Position numbers and translations under genes: made by a program. The notes beneath the pieces are model-generated. The model ran no database searches, was not told the origin of the DNA, and saw only the letters and a program-made list of their open reading frames with translations. From Lama guanicoe (taxonomy: Eukaryota), in NCBI GenBank assembly GCA_013239625.1, contig MU053934.1, positions 8,701,352 to 8,765,351 on the forward strand: a stretch of 64,000 nucleotides of DNA, read 5' to 3'. This document shows, piece after piece, positions 23,266 through 35,984 of this stretch; position 1 is the stretch's first letter; each line of letters begins with the position of its first letter.

Positions 23266-25517
23266 CCAGGGAAGGAAGAGATTTTGGCGAGCCTTCTTCT
23301 GGGCCCCACGGGAGGGAGTCCTGGCTTGGCTGGGACGCCCCCTGCAGGGAACTGTTCCGTGGCTCTCAACACTAGACTGTGATGATGATGAGCGCCATTG
23401 GCATGGAGATGAGAGAGGGATCCGAGTGGACCCAAGTCATTGGCAATGACTGTGTGATGAATCTCAATTGATCCTCCAGAGCCCAGCATTAATGTCACCT
23501 GCCCTGGTGTGGTGCTGGCCACCCCTCCATGGCCACCTCAGAACCCTGCACACCTGTCTTGCCACATTAACTTCCTCACCTGTACCTGCTGGCTGGCACA
23601 CCTGTTTTGCCCACCATCCAGAGGGCTCCCGCACAGGGCAAAGGTCCAGGCCCAGTTCCCTCTGGTCCTTGGCAGTGGGCCTTGCACACCAGAGGAGCTC
23701 CGTGGTCTTTCACCTGAACAGAGAGGGTGTGAACCTGAGCGTGGGCAGGCCGGGGAGACCCTCCTGTTGGTCCCGCCCCCAGCCCCAGTCCATCCCTCCT
23801 GCCCATTTCCTAGTGGGTTTGGAGGCCTTCGCTCCCTATCTGTAGGTTCTGATCGCACATCCCCCTTGCTCTTCTGAGCCGACAACGTATGTATTCCTTG
23901 GAGTGGATCCGACCTCAGGTGGCTCCCGAGTGCATTCCAGCTGGTGCCATCTCCAGTCTGCGGCGCCCGTCCCCGCTGCAGGCTCCTCGCCACATGTCAG
24001 CGGGCCCTGCAGAGGGCCACTGCCTCTTCTCTCAGGGCCTTCCAGACCATCGCACAGCAGCCTGTCCCCTTCCAGGCACGTTCCTGGCCACCCCCAGCAC
24101 GTAGGCCTCTGGCTCGCTTAGGCCTAGCCTCTTTCCAGCTGGCTATCGCCCCTGCCTCCTCTCTGCCCCCTCCCACTGAGCACAGACATCTCCAGCTCCT
24201 TACTTCTTCTGCGTCTGGATTTTACAGGTCCAGATCACTTTACACACCTGGCTGGGACCCGGACTCCACCCTGGGGGCCCCCAGGTAGCACTCGGAGAGC
24301 CTGCAGAGCATTTACTGGGCTGAGGGTGTCGGAGGGCTTCAGAGCAAATCCAGGGAACTGAGCTCCAAACACTTTTGCTTAGACCACCAAGCTGCTCTGG
24401 TCACTGGGGAGTTTTGCTCAAAGGGTAACGTCGGAAACGTCTCCTTAACCTGAAAGTAAACCTCAAACCCCCCTGAGCTTCTCCCCTCCAGGTGTCTCCC
24501 TGTGGTCTCAGCGCGTGCACATGGCACGTTATCTTTCCTTCCTCTCCCTGCCACCCGCCGGCCACCTCAAACCTCAGATGCTGGAGTCCTTGAATTAAGG
24601 CCAGTGACTTTGCCACGTTTAAAAAGAAATGAAATTGGTTTTCATATAACAGTTATGGGTTTTATGAAGATCATGCACTAAAGTACAGAGCACACATTAG
24701 TTCTCTGGGCTGCCAGGGAAATAAAAACACCCCAGGGACCTCTGCTTTGCCAGCTCCCCGAGAGAGAGGCGAAGGGAGAGCGAGGGACGGGGAACGCTTG
24801 TTCAGCATGCGATGCAAGGAGGTAGCGGACTGACTCCAGCATGGCTGCACTGTGCGGCAGGTGGGTATGCGGGGCTCCGGGGTTCAGACCTTCCTGAGAC
24901 CCACGTGACACAAAGGACCCGGGTCGGCCACTGCATGAGATGCTGCTGGCCTCGAGGGTGGGTTAGACGCTGCCCTGTGCTAAGCCCATGAGGCCCGGAG
25001 TCTGCGCCTTCTCCCCAACATTCCATGACGCTCATCCCTCTCCCTTTCTCCTCCTTCTGTCCAGCCAACCCTTACCTGTCCTCTAAGGCCCGCTTACTCT
25101 GTGGCAGGCCCCCGCCTTTTGTATCCACCCAGGACTCAGGAGAGAAGGGATGATGGTGAGCAGACACTGCATATTGATAATCCTTGTAGGTTCTCTCCCA
25201 GAGGGAAGGGTGGTAATTGGGGTGAGCTGTCACCCCATGGACCCACCTGCTGTGGCCAGGGAGGCAGATCACAGAACACACTCCGAGGCTGGGGACCAGC
25301 GAGGTGTGTAGAGGCACTGCCAGAAGGGAACCCCTGTGAACCGGGTGGGCCACCCAATCTACAAATGAACGAACATACGGAGCCGTCACCCAGCTGAGAG
25401 CCTGGGTTGGTACATCGACTGATCTGTCCCAGTAACTTTGCCCAAAGTCACACACGGATTTACACAAGCAAGCATGTGGAAGGACTGTGTGTGCATTTAT
25501 ATGTCTGAGGGAGTGAG

Positions 25518-25636
25518 GAGGGGAGGTAATTAAGTTTAGTTTTGTTTTTTTTTCAAATGGAGGTACTGGGGAATTGAACCCAGGACCTCATGCATGCTAA
25601 GCACGTGCTCTACCACTGAGCTATAACCTCCTCTCT
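25518..25636 (-). mobile_element. tRNA-Ala-derived SINE (camelid vic-1-like)
   Basis: GGAGGTAATTAAG...GGAGGTACTGGGGAATTGAACCCAGGACCTCATGCATGCTAAGCACGTGCTCTACCACTGAGCTATA, with A and B boxes recognisable on the minus strand. Confidence 0.9.
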
Positions 25637-26128
25637 CCACTGCATCTTAAATATATAACCAAGATGTGTAAGGAGCAACAATATTTTCTTTGCAACTCCT
25701 TGGCCTTCACCTGAAGCTTGTAACAATTTGAACACCTGGATTTTTCTGCAGCCGATCCTAGCCTTTGCAGATGGCTAAGATAGCAATAAAGAAAGAAGGA
25801 TTCCAGGCTGTTCAAGTCCACTAGGATTCAGCCTCGAGGCTGGTGGGTGCCTGGCCATAATCACCCGTGCACTGTTGTGCAGAACATCTCGTGATGTCCC
25901 ATCGGACACACTGGCAATCTGTTGCTTGCCCAGCTAGTCTCCGTGCACCAAACACTGACTAAGCATTATTCACATCAGTCATGATAGCAACCGTCTTATG
26001 TAAAGATGTCCTTTGTCCCAGCAACACTGTTCAGATGCAGAGATAATTCCATGGACGGTAGGAACCCAAGCACCAGAGAGGCTTAGCAATTACCTGAGGA
26101 CGCAAAGTAAATGGGATAGTGGCAAACC

Positions 26129-26616
26129 TGTTGCTGGGAATAGGTTCTTGTCTCGCACAGGAAAGAATTCAAGGCATAAGAAAGTGAAGGAAAGTTTATT
26201 CAGGGAGATGCACACTCGACAGAGTGCAGTCCATCTCACTCAGAAGGGAGAGTGGCCTGGGAGAGACACACTCCATGGACAGAGTGCGGGCCGCCTCCGA
26301 AGGCAAGAGGAAACAACCATGAGGTACGGGCTTGTCAGTTTTTATGGGCTTGGTAATGTCACACGCTGACAAGTAGGAGGATTATTGGAGTATCTGGGGG
26401 AAGGGGCGGAGATTTCCAGGAACTGGATCCCCGCCTACTTTTTGGCCTTTTCAGGTCAGCCTGGGAACTGTCGTGGTGCCCGTAGGAGCGCCAGGAGGCT
26501 CAAGGTCCTCTGGAAGGAGGGTCTTCTGCCACCTTGGTTCTAACCAGCTGGTCCTGCCCTTGACTGCTGTGTCATTCCTGCAGTGGTTGTGCCCTGCCCC
26601 CTCCCCTCCTGTCTCA
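26129..26616 (-). mobile_element. Solo ERV1 LTR, MER41-like, inserted in a MIR
   Basis: TG...CA termini with a perfect 4-bp TSD AACC (26125-26128 / 26617-26620). AATAAA on the minus strand at 26195-26200. Minus-strand start is TGAGACAGGAGGGGAGGGGGCAGGGCAC. GAS motif TTCCAGGAA at 26414-26422. Confidence 0.85.
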
Positions 26617-26719
26617 AACCCAGGAGTCACACTCTGGTGCCTTTACCTCTCCACCCTCTGCTCTGCTGCCTTTTTCATCATCATTCAAGATGCCCCACTG
26701 GGAGGGAGGGGAAGAGAGA

Positions 26720-26830
26720 GCGAATATGAAAACGAATCCATGTGTGTATCTGCATGACTGGGACACTCTGCTGTGCACCAGAAACTGACACATGGTAACT
26801 GACTATACTTCAATTTAAAAAAAAAAAGAA
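26720..26830 (+). mobile_element. Very short L1 3' tail with poly(A)
   Basis: GAATATGAAAACGAAT...GCATGACTGGGACA...CCAGAAACTGACAC...TAACTGACTATACTTCAATTT(A)n, the same tail type as at ~36610-36700 and ~50775-50877. Confidence 0.8.
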
Positions 26831-27857
26831 GAGGAAAGGAATGTAATTAAAACCACATGGGTGGGGTGGCTAGGTGAGAATGATGCTTCACAGCTGGTAG
26901 ACACAGTGGAGATATTCTGCAGGTGCATCTGGACATGAAAATAAAGTGAGCAGAAACACAGGTCTCCTTAGCTTCTAAAGAAATCATTTGGAGGGCTTTC
27001 CCTGGGGAAATTTAGACAAAGGAATAAAATTTTAAAATTAAGGAAGGCATAAGCTACTGAATTTATCATTGCATCATCCTGGAAGCTGAGGGAAATGCCA
27101 TCTTTATATGCCTGATTTACAAACTGTGGTTTTTATTAACCAAAGAAAAACACGCTGAGATCAGAAATGGTACCTATGAAACAATCCTTGCATATGGACC
27201 TCCAAAAATAATATAATGAAATACAGAAACTCCAAGGATCTGCTGACGAAATCTAACTCATATGCGTAAAATAACAAGGTTAGAAATACGAAGTCCTTTT
27301 TAAAGAATAAATATATTTTTTTAAATCAAAGGAGATTTTTCCATTGGAATTTTTTAACAAAGGAGATTCAGGAGTGAGTGAAGGGGACAGGAGCCAATGC
27401 TTGGGCAGAGATGTCAGTCACAAAGGTCACGGCATGGAAATTGCCAAGGTGTAAAGGAGCCTCTCCCCGGCACCTGCAGCTTTGCCGGTGAGCCTCCACC
27501 CACCTCCCCGGCGGCTGGGAGCTCCACACATCAACGGCTGGCTCTCAGGGCTCCTCTGCGGAGGCCTCGCTGCCCATGAGACCTGGACACGAGATGGGGG
27601 CCGAGCAGAGTAGGACCCAGGGCTGGAGCCCAGCTGGCTGGCCCGAATCCCAGCTTCGGAGGAGGGAGGGGGGATTCTGTTAGCCCAAGTGCAACAGGGA
27701 ACCATGCAGGCCTCAGTTACCCTGTCTGACCAGTGCAGGTGATAGCAGCTCCACTTCACAGGGGTGTGAAAGGGTTAAATGAATTATTTCCTATACAGAG
27801 CTTTAGTCACTATTGGCCGCCACAAGCATCATCAGTTTATTTTTAAGATTCTTTTTG

Positions 27858-27947
27858 GGGGGAGGCAATTAGATTTATTTATTTGTATTTGTTTTTTTAT
27901 TGTTAACGGAGGTACACGCACGCCACCACTGAGCTATACCCTCCCCC
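27858..27947 (-). mobile_element. tRNA-Ala-derived SINE with internal deletion
   Basis: Tail GGGGAGGCAATTAG and head CCACTGAGCTATACCCTCCCC are present, but the B-box/anticodon region is missing after GGAGGTAC. Confidence 0.75.
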
Positions 27948-28159
27948 GTTCACTTTTGAATGGGTTTCAACATTTACGTCCTGCAAAATTAGCCAAGCAG
28001 ACGGAGGTGTAGAACACAGGCTCCCCACGGCCACCCCTGTCGCCTCCCCACACACAGCAGGTGGACGCTGGCTCCCCTTGTACCCCCCCAGGGGTCTTTA
28101 ACGCCTGCAGAGGCCAACATGACTGTCGAGTCCCCCTTGTGTGAGACGGCACGTGCTTG

Positions 28160-28720
28160 CGTTAGGTTTCTGTCCCTCTGTGATGAGTCCCACCAACTGG
28201 GCAGAGACACACGTGTGTTACCTCGCAGCTCCTGTTGGCGGGGAGCCGGCGCGGCGGGCCCTCCGGCCAGGTCTCACAGGCTGCCACCAAGGTGTCTGCC
28301 AGGCCGGGTCCTCCTCCAGGCCCGGACAGAGCTCTGCAGTGGTAGGACTGGGGTCCCGTCTTCTTGCTGGGGGTCAGCGGGGGCTGCTCTTGGCTCCTGG
28401 AGGCCCCTGCAGTCTTACGCTGTGTCCCTGCAGCCCCTCTCGGCTCAGCAGCCTATTTCCCCAAAACCAGTGAGGAGGGTCTCCCGCTGCCTCCGCTGAG
28501 GTGGGGGGTTACCAAGGGAGGGACATCCTGTCACCTTTGACATACGACTGCCCCAGCCACGGGGGTGACTCAGTTCGTTTGCCATACTCTGCTGGGCGGA
28601 AGCAAGGCCTTGGGCACACCTGCACCGAGGAGAGAGGAGCACAGGGCGGGACCGCTGGGGCCCGCATGGCTGTGTCCGTCTGCCGTCACCTTACGCAGAG
28701 TCCCACACCTTGAGTTTCTT
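28160..28720 (-). mobile_element. Old MaLR (MLT1-type) LTR, GC-shifted
   Basis: GTTAGGTTTCTGT...CAGCTCCTGTTGGCGGGAG...GGTCTCACAGGCTG...CAAGGTGTCTGCCAGGC...GGACTGGGGTCCC. Confidence 0.55.
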
Positions 28721-28850
28721 TTTCATCTACATTCTTTTGAATGTTCCCCAAGTCACACCTTCCCTCCGGAGAAAAGGACGGAGGTCAATGAAGAGATCAA
28801 CTGACTGCACTGCAGGCCTTGCCTGGTCCCTGGAGCAAGAACAGAGGTCG

Positions 28851-28934
28851 GTGTGTGTGTGTGCGCATTGGTGTGTGCGTGCGTGCGCGTGTATGCGTGT
28901 GTGCGTGCGTGTGTACGCGTGTGCGTGCGTGTAT
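28851..28934. repeat. Alternating purine-pyrimidine (TG/CG)n tract
   Basis: GTGTGTGTGTGTGCGCATTGGTGTGTGCGTGCGTGCGCGTGTATGCG...GTGTAT. Confidence 0.9.
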
Positions 28935-29399
28935 CTCAGTGGCCCCCAACCTTCCAACTCAGAAACTCCAGGACTCCAAGCTGCTGGTTTCTGGTCTGGG
29001 GTGTAAACCCCTTCCCTCCCCATGTGCAGAACTTTTTTTAATGCCATGCTTTGTGTTCTAAAGATACTGATGTATTTAAGTAGAAAGGATGAATCACTAC
29101 ACGGAAGACAGAGCATCCTATAAATAGAGCAAGCTGTTGACAGCACGAGTCCTACACGGACAGCTTACGCCCTCTCCCCGAACCCCAGTCACCTGTCATA
29201 AAGCTGGTCCTCTGGCCGCCTGGCAGTCCTGCTCTCCTGCCCCTGAAAGACCTGGGTGGGGGCCTGGATGGGTGTTGACTGCAAAAGAGGAGCCGGCCAG
29301 GCCCCCACCCCTGAGGGTCTCTGCTGTCACCTGGTTGTGTCTTGTGACGCAGGCGGGATCTGTCACGGACACGTTCACACAGAGGGGAGGGGGGGTCCC

Positions 29400-29760
29400 T
29401 CAAGCTTCTCTTTTATATCTTTTAAATATAAATCTCCACGTACAGGAAAATGCAGATCTTAAGAGTACAGTCATTCTGAGTCAACAGACATACACACTGA
29501 TGTAACCTATGCCCCAATAAAGGTCTAGAATATTTCCATCACCCCAGAGAGCTCCCCTGGGCTTCTTCAACCCCCCCGCCCCCACCCCCGCAGAGGTAAC
29601 CACTGTCCTGACTTCTGTCCGCACAGAAGGATTTTGTCTGTTCTGAGAACTTCAGTTACTGGAATAATACACTATGTGCCTTTTGTGTCTGGTTTCTTTC
29701 ATTTGACATAATTTCTGAGAGATTCATCCATGTTCTTGTGAGTATATTTAGATCTTTTCT
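29400..29760 (-). mobile_element. Old L1M 3' end
   Basis: TAGAATATTTCCATCACCCCAGA...GGTAACCACTGTCCTGACTTC...GAGATTCATCCATGTT. Confidence 0.8.
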
Positions 29761-32700
29761 TAATTATGTTAAAACTTTATGATCTATTGCGTTTAAGGTT
29801 CTATAATCTTATGGTTCTGCGAGGCTAATATGAACAGACACTTGCAAATGTAAGATTTGAAAGCATCTTAACGCTGTATCAGTTGTCAACAGAAAATCTC
29901 AGACTGGAGTCTTATGAGATCTTCAGACTCCATGTGTCCAGACTGAACTTACCCCCGGCAAAAACTCCTGCATCCGGGAACGGCGCTGCCGCCCGTCCAC
30001 CTGGTTCTCCTAGTCGGAGACCCACGCGGGAAGGGTCTCACATCCAGGAGCGCAGCAAGTCAGGCAGTGGCTCCATCCCCACCCCGCCTTCCACGGCCAG
30101 CCCCTGAAAGGCAGGGCCGGCGTGGTGGAGCCATTCACCTCGCCTGTGCGGTGGGAACAGCCCTGTCTATCCCAAGAACATGATCGTGTGGGCAAGTCCA
30201 GTGGTGTGGAGAGGCTTGGACACAGCATCGGAAGTCACAGGCCCTATCCATCCGCACATCCGATCATGGAGCCAATGTTCGCTCCACGTTTGTAGGGTGG
30301 GAGGCCCTGCACTAGGAAGAAGGCAGACCCTGAGCGGGATTCGGGACAGAGACAGAAATAAGGGGCTCCAGGAGCCAGAGGAGGGGCCGAGGACCCTGGC
30401 TCGGTGGGGAGGGTGTGCTTCGTGAAGGCAGGGACATGAAGATGAGCCTTGAAGAACATGATAGGAACTCTCCCGGCTCAGGAAGCAGGGGACGGACTCA
30501 GAGCGAGAGAGAAGCAGACTCCAAGGGACGGAGGATGTTGGGGGGAGGGCAGGGGAGCGAGAGAGGAGTGTGGAGTCTGACACCGGGGTTTCCAGCGACA
30601 GCAACCCGGTGGGGGGTGGATCGTGTCAGGGCCGCGCTGTGAGGGGCTCTCGGGTCACCTTCGGGTGGGGGAGGCGCTGGTTTGGGTGGGGCTGGGGCTC
30701 CTGAGCCCGGCGCAGGGGCCGACTTGCACGAAGGGATGAAGAGGTCTGAGTGGCAGGGATAGGTTTAGGATAGATTCAAGCCTCATCAGCCTGAATGGGC
30801 CAGACAGCAGGTGCTACAGAGGAGGAGCGGGGCCAGCCAGGAGGGCTGGGAGAGGGGCTAGGGTCATGGAGGAGCCGTCAGGGGGCTTTGCCACCTCGCT
30901 TCCCTCCTCCGGGCCTCCTCAGCTTCCCCAGGTCTCAGACACGGGAGGCCCTGGGCGAGATGTTCTCCAAAGGCCCCGCTGGGTCGGATCCTACTCCGGG
31001 TACCATCTCTACATCTTTATGGCTGGATTTTTTTTTTTTAACAAATCCGATGACTATGAAGCAAAGTGCAGCGATATGATAGTCAAAACAACCGAAGATC
31101 CTGAATCCTTCATCGACCAAGTAAATAAATCCACGAGAAACGCATTCATACGCTCATCAACTGCATAGTGGAGACGGCAATTTTAGGGAAGAAGGTTCTG
31201 GAAATCAAGAGATAATGACAGGCACTCTCCTCTTCTCCGTCTTGTGAACACTCACGGACACACACAGGTGTTCTAACACGCCTCAGCCACTTACTGGCAG
31301 CATGATCTCGGGCAATTTATTTCACACCTCTGCGCGTCACTAAGAGCAGATACGGTTGTCACAGGGTTGGGTGACTAAGCTAGGGAGCCCAGGAGAGCCC
31401 TGTGTGCTTGGTGCGCAGTGAAAGCGGAATAGATATCAGCAATCAGCAGGGTTAAAACCCACATTCCAACTAGAGTCGCCGTCCGTGTCTCCACCTGAAC
31501 CCTGTCCACACCCACTGCCACCCCCACCCCTGCCCCCACTCTCCTCCCCTCTCTGTCTGGTTGAGATTTTATTGTTCTCGCCGCATATGGCATCTGGCTC
31601 CTGTTGGACTGTTCTAGTTAATAGCAGGGCTGCTTTTAAAGGCTTATTACCAATGATCAGAATTTTAAAATGACCCTGTTTACTAAAAGTGAGAGGGAGG
31701 TCTTACAGCCCAAATCTTCCGGGTTTTCCCCCGGAGGCAGGTCGGGCTGCAGGGTGCAGCGCGGGCAAACCCGGCGGGTCTCTGAGCGGCATCTCTGTCG
31801 GCATCAGGGTAGCGATCCCGTCTCACCCAGGGTGGACCGGATACCCTTTGACTCTTCTTCCAACTCTGAGGTCATCGGGCTCTTGAAGCCAGTTTGATAC
31901 ACTTTTCAGTACTTTATTGACCCATTACGAAGAAGGCGCCGAGGCTGATGGGCTGTAAGTGGCATATTGTACATTCCACGGCTGACCTGCCACGTCACGC
32001 TGGCTCCTGCCGCCCTGGGGTGGGAGGGAGGGGCCTTGCCACGTGGAGCTGACAGGGCTGCAGCCTCAGACGCCCACCAAGGGACCTGCTTGTCTGCGGA
32101 CAACCAGCAAAGTAGTCACGAGCAACGCTCCTCTCAGGGAAGCCTCATCTCTGGTCACAAATAAACTGTTGCTTCTTCATTCTGCTCACAGACTGCTCTC
32201 CCCTGGACCGATGTTTCGTTTTTTTTCTTGGAGAGTTTGGGAGGTGGGTGGTGACATTTTCAGCTGCTATTTTCATGCATCATTCTTAGTCACTGTCGGC
32301 AGCTTAGAAGCCAGCAAAAAGCCTTCCCACGGCCTGGGGCTGGTTATTCCTGACTCTGCAGCCCAGACTCCCCTGCCCGCTGAGGCCAAGCATGTGCTCC
32401 CTGTCCAGGGGCTGTGGCAGCTTCTCCTGATTTAAAAAGAGACAAATGCAGGCTCAGGACGCAGACCCCTGGCCACTGGAGATCCCTTATCAGCTTCCTC
32501 ACTACCTGGAACATTCTCCAGAACTAGAAATAGCAAAGACAGGCTCCTAAGCGTTCCAAAGAGATGCCCAGATGCAAACCTTGAGGCTCACACATGTAAC
32601 TCCCAAGAGGGCCCTTCTGGCTTCTACTGTAAGCATTTATTTTTATTTTGGATGGAATTGAACAGCCTTGGTCTTCTCACATACAGCAGATTCCAAGCAA

Positions 32701-33319
32701 CAGATTCCTAACGTGCGGCCCCGCACGCCTGCCGTGGAAGAGATGAAAGCCTGGAGTGGGCGCTGGTAGTGGATGCATCCTCGGGTACCGCCCAGCCTCC
32801 ACACCCCACGCTTCCATAGTTCACGGAAAACATCATTAGGAAAGAAATTTACATAATGGACACGGTTTTAGAATTCATTCCTCAACACCAAGCAAACCAA
32901 ACATGCCCACAAACATGATTCTGATTTCAGGAGCTTGTACACTCCCTCATCTTCTTTCTTCCTGCTCTTTTTTGCTTCTCTGTCTTTTTAGAGAGACAGT
33001 TTGGTTCCATGAAGGGCTGCCTTCATGGAACCTTCTCAGAGTCACATGCCCGGCAGGGGCTGAGGGCACCTGCCACAGCCAAGCAGCTTGCACCTTCGCT
33101 CAGTTAACGAGCATCGCTGGTTGTCTGCTGTGTAACTTGGGGAGATGCTGGGGGAGCAGAGATGAGTCCCACAGGTCTGCCGGCCCGGACCCTGAGCGGA
33201 GGGGCCGAGGAGACCTATGAGCACAACTGCCACGTCAGGGCTGTTTTCCCCACTGACACCACGGCGGACGGCACTGAGCTCGGGCCGGCTCCCGGGGCCG
33301 CATCTGCTCTGCCAGTACT

Positions 33320-33800
33320 GCGTGTGCGGCTGTCTGAGCTCCTGTGGCTGCTGCAACAGATCACCACAAATCTGGGGGCATTAAACAGCATGAACTCATT
33401 ATTTTACAGTTCTGAAGGTCACACGTCCTAACATCAAGGCATTGGCAGGGCTGTCCTCCTCCTGGAGACTCTATGGGATCTTTTCCCTTGCTTTTTCCAG
33501 CATCCAGGAGAAGCCACCTGTGTTCCTTGGCTCACGGCCCCTTTCTGTTCTTAAAGCCGGCATCATAGGCCCTTCCATCTTCCCATCTCCCCTTCCCTCT
33601 CCCTCTCCTCCCTCTCATCACATCTGCATCTCTGCCTCTGACCCTCCTGCTTCCCTCCTCTCCTCATGAGGAACCTTGTGATGATATTCGGTCCACCGGG
33701 GGCCTTCAGGAAACTCTCCTCATCTCAAGATGCTTAACTTAATCACACCTGCAAAGTCCTTTTTTCCATGTAAGGCAGCAGATTCACAGAACATAGTGTG
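33320..33800 (-). mobile_element. MLT1 LTR
   Basis: GCTGCAACAGATCACCACAAA...ACAGTTCTGAAGGTCA...CTTAACTTAATCACACCTGCAAAGTCCTTTTT. Confidence 0.8.
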
Positions 33801-33804
33801 GAAC

Positions 33805-34090
33805 TGGAGGACAGGACCACAGAACCCTTGTGTGACACAGGAGGATGGGCCATGGGTCACTGGCTGGGAGAGGAGGATGGACCACAGAGATACTGTGTGG
33901 GACAGAAGGTGGACTACGGGGACACTGATGGGACAGGAGGATGCACCATGGAGGTACCGTACGGGATGGAAGGATGGACCACGGAGGTACCGTACTGGAT
34001 GGAAGGATGAACCATGGAGGCACCATATGGGATGGAAGGATGGACCACGGAGGTACCGTACGGGATGGAAGGATGGACCATGAGGACACA
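33805..34090. repeat. 33-bp minisatellite (about 8 units)
   Basis: Unit GGATGGACCACGGAGGTACCGTACGGGATGGAA at 33939, 33972, 34005 and 34038, with degenerate units upstream. Confidence 0.9.
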
Positions 34091-35449
34091 GATGATGATT
34101 AGGGCTTGCAGTTGGAAACAGGCTTCAGCAGGTCATCTAAGAGTGTCATCCCCTCACTTTTCATTCCTATGACATCACAGAAAGTCACCCGTGCTTGGAG
34201 TCCAGCCACCCAGGATGGACATTTCAAGGCTGTTGGATTCTAAGTCCTGGGGATGGACCCAGTCAAGTTGTGTCAGGTCCGCAGAGGGCTCTTGAGAACA
34301 ACCTGCCTCACCCTTGGCCTCCTGTCCCTCCTGTCACATCATCCCTGTCTGGGACCAGATGCTGAAGACCCCTCCACTCCAGGTGAGCTTCCTGATCCCC
34401 CCTCAGCCATCTGGAAACCGGTCAGCTCCAGCCCCACTTGTCACGCTGCCATCTGCTTGGCTCCAGCTCACACGAGAGCACAAAGGCTTACTTTGTGGGT
34501 GATAGTCACCCAGGGATGCTGCCCTGCTGGAACCTGTAGGGACATCGACAGAAGCTGGGAGGGCGCCCCCTCCCTTCCCTTCACCCTCAAGTCGACACCC
34601 CTGAATCCGAGATGCAGAAGCCCCACCCCTGACCTCCCCTGAGGGAGCTAGGAAGGCTCCCTGCATCCCGCCAGGGCAGGAGCTACAGGGACAAGCCCTG
34701 CAGGTGGCGCAGCAGGTGTCCTGTCCCAGCTCTGCCCCAGGCCAGCCCTGAATGTAGGCACACTAAACCACATGCCTCCAGGCCTCAGCTGCCTCTTGTG
34801 AAAACAGGAGTGGGAATCCCAAATGCACTGGGCAGGGACGAGACTGGGAAATGAGTGGGTGGTGCAGACAGAAGCTGGGCAGAGAGGAGACCAAAGGGGA
34901 AGACGGAGGCAGGCATGGCCGAGGCCCTGGCAGGAGTCCACCCTGCAGAGGGTCATCACGCAGGCCATGCCCACCCACTGCACACCGGGACCTGGAGGCC
35001 CCTGAGGGCTCTGACCCAATCCCAGCTCCCCACCGGAGACGTGGGGATGGGGAGGGTGGGTGGCAGTCTGGCTATCAGGAGGGTGAGCCCTGAAGCTGTG
35101 CGTCATTATAGCCCATGGGGCTGCATCAAACTTCTTCTCTCTGGCCTCCCCAGGCCTCTGGGAGCAGAATCTCCCTGGTGACACTGTCAGGTCAGGGCAC
35201 TGGGCATGAGAAGCACCCACAGGTCTCAGGTGTCCTGCAAACACAGTCCCCAAAGAGGCTTTCAGCAAAGCGGGTGGAGCCACCCTCAAGACCTCCCCCA
35301 CATGCCTGTCCCGGACGCAGGCCACCACTGCCTCTCTCCCCTTCTAAATGGTCCACAGCATGTCCGTCCCCAGATCAGCTCCCAGGACTGCAGCCACCGC
35401 CCTTGTAACGTACATGCTGCTGGTGCGAGCGTGGTGGGGTTCAGCCCCT

Positions 35450-35960
35450 TCGGAGAACCTTTGGAAAGTGTCTCCTGAAGCTGAGCACAGGCCACCCACG
35501 ACTCGCGGTTCCACTCTTGGGTTTCCAGCCGAGAGACGAGAGCGCTTACGTCCCCAAGACGCACGTGCAGGTATGCTCATGTCACTTTCCCCATAACGGC
35601 CCTAAAGGGAACCACCTACGTGCCCGTCAGCTGGGTGATGGAGACACCAGGTGTAACAGGCTGGAACAACGGGCACTACCTGGAAACACAGAGGGATGAT
35701 CTGCTGCTACCGGCAAGAAAGCGGACGAGCCTCCAGACGTCGTGCTGAGTGACAGAAGCCAACGCGAAAAAGCACAGACCAGATGGCACAATTCCATTTA
35801 CAGAAAATACAAAACAGGCCAGGCTAGTCAGTGGCCCCTGGTCAGAACAGGGGCTCCCTTTGGTGGGGGGGGTGGCGGCTGGGAAGGGAGACAAGTGCAG
35901 TGTCTGCACCTTGAGCTGATGGTGATGAGGAGGGTACAGACGTGTAGAAACTCACTACCC
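35450..35960 (+). mobile_element. Old L1M 3' region, heavily GC-substituted
   Basis: Colinear with the L1M ORF2-end/3'UTR pattern (...TTCCACTCTTGGG...GCTGAGTGACAGAAGCCA...ATTCCATTTACAGAAAATACAAAACAGGC). Confidence 0.7.
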
Positions 35961-35984
35961 TGTTGACTCAAGACTGGTGCCCCT

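Noticed and set aside
30866..31168. Protein-like stretch KSDDYEAKCSDMIVKTTEDPESFIDQ
   Set aside because: There is no AG acceptor after the T-tract, the donor is weak, and I recognise no homology.
33805..34090. Possible CRISPR array or repeat-protein gene
   Set aside because: Units are contiguous with no unique spacers, there are no cas genes, and the context is mammalian. It is a minisatellite.
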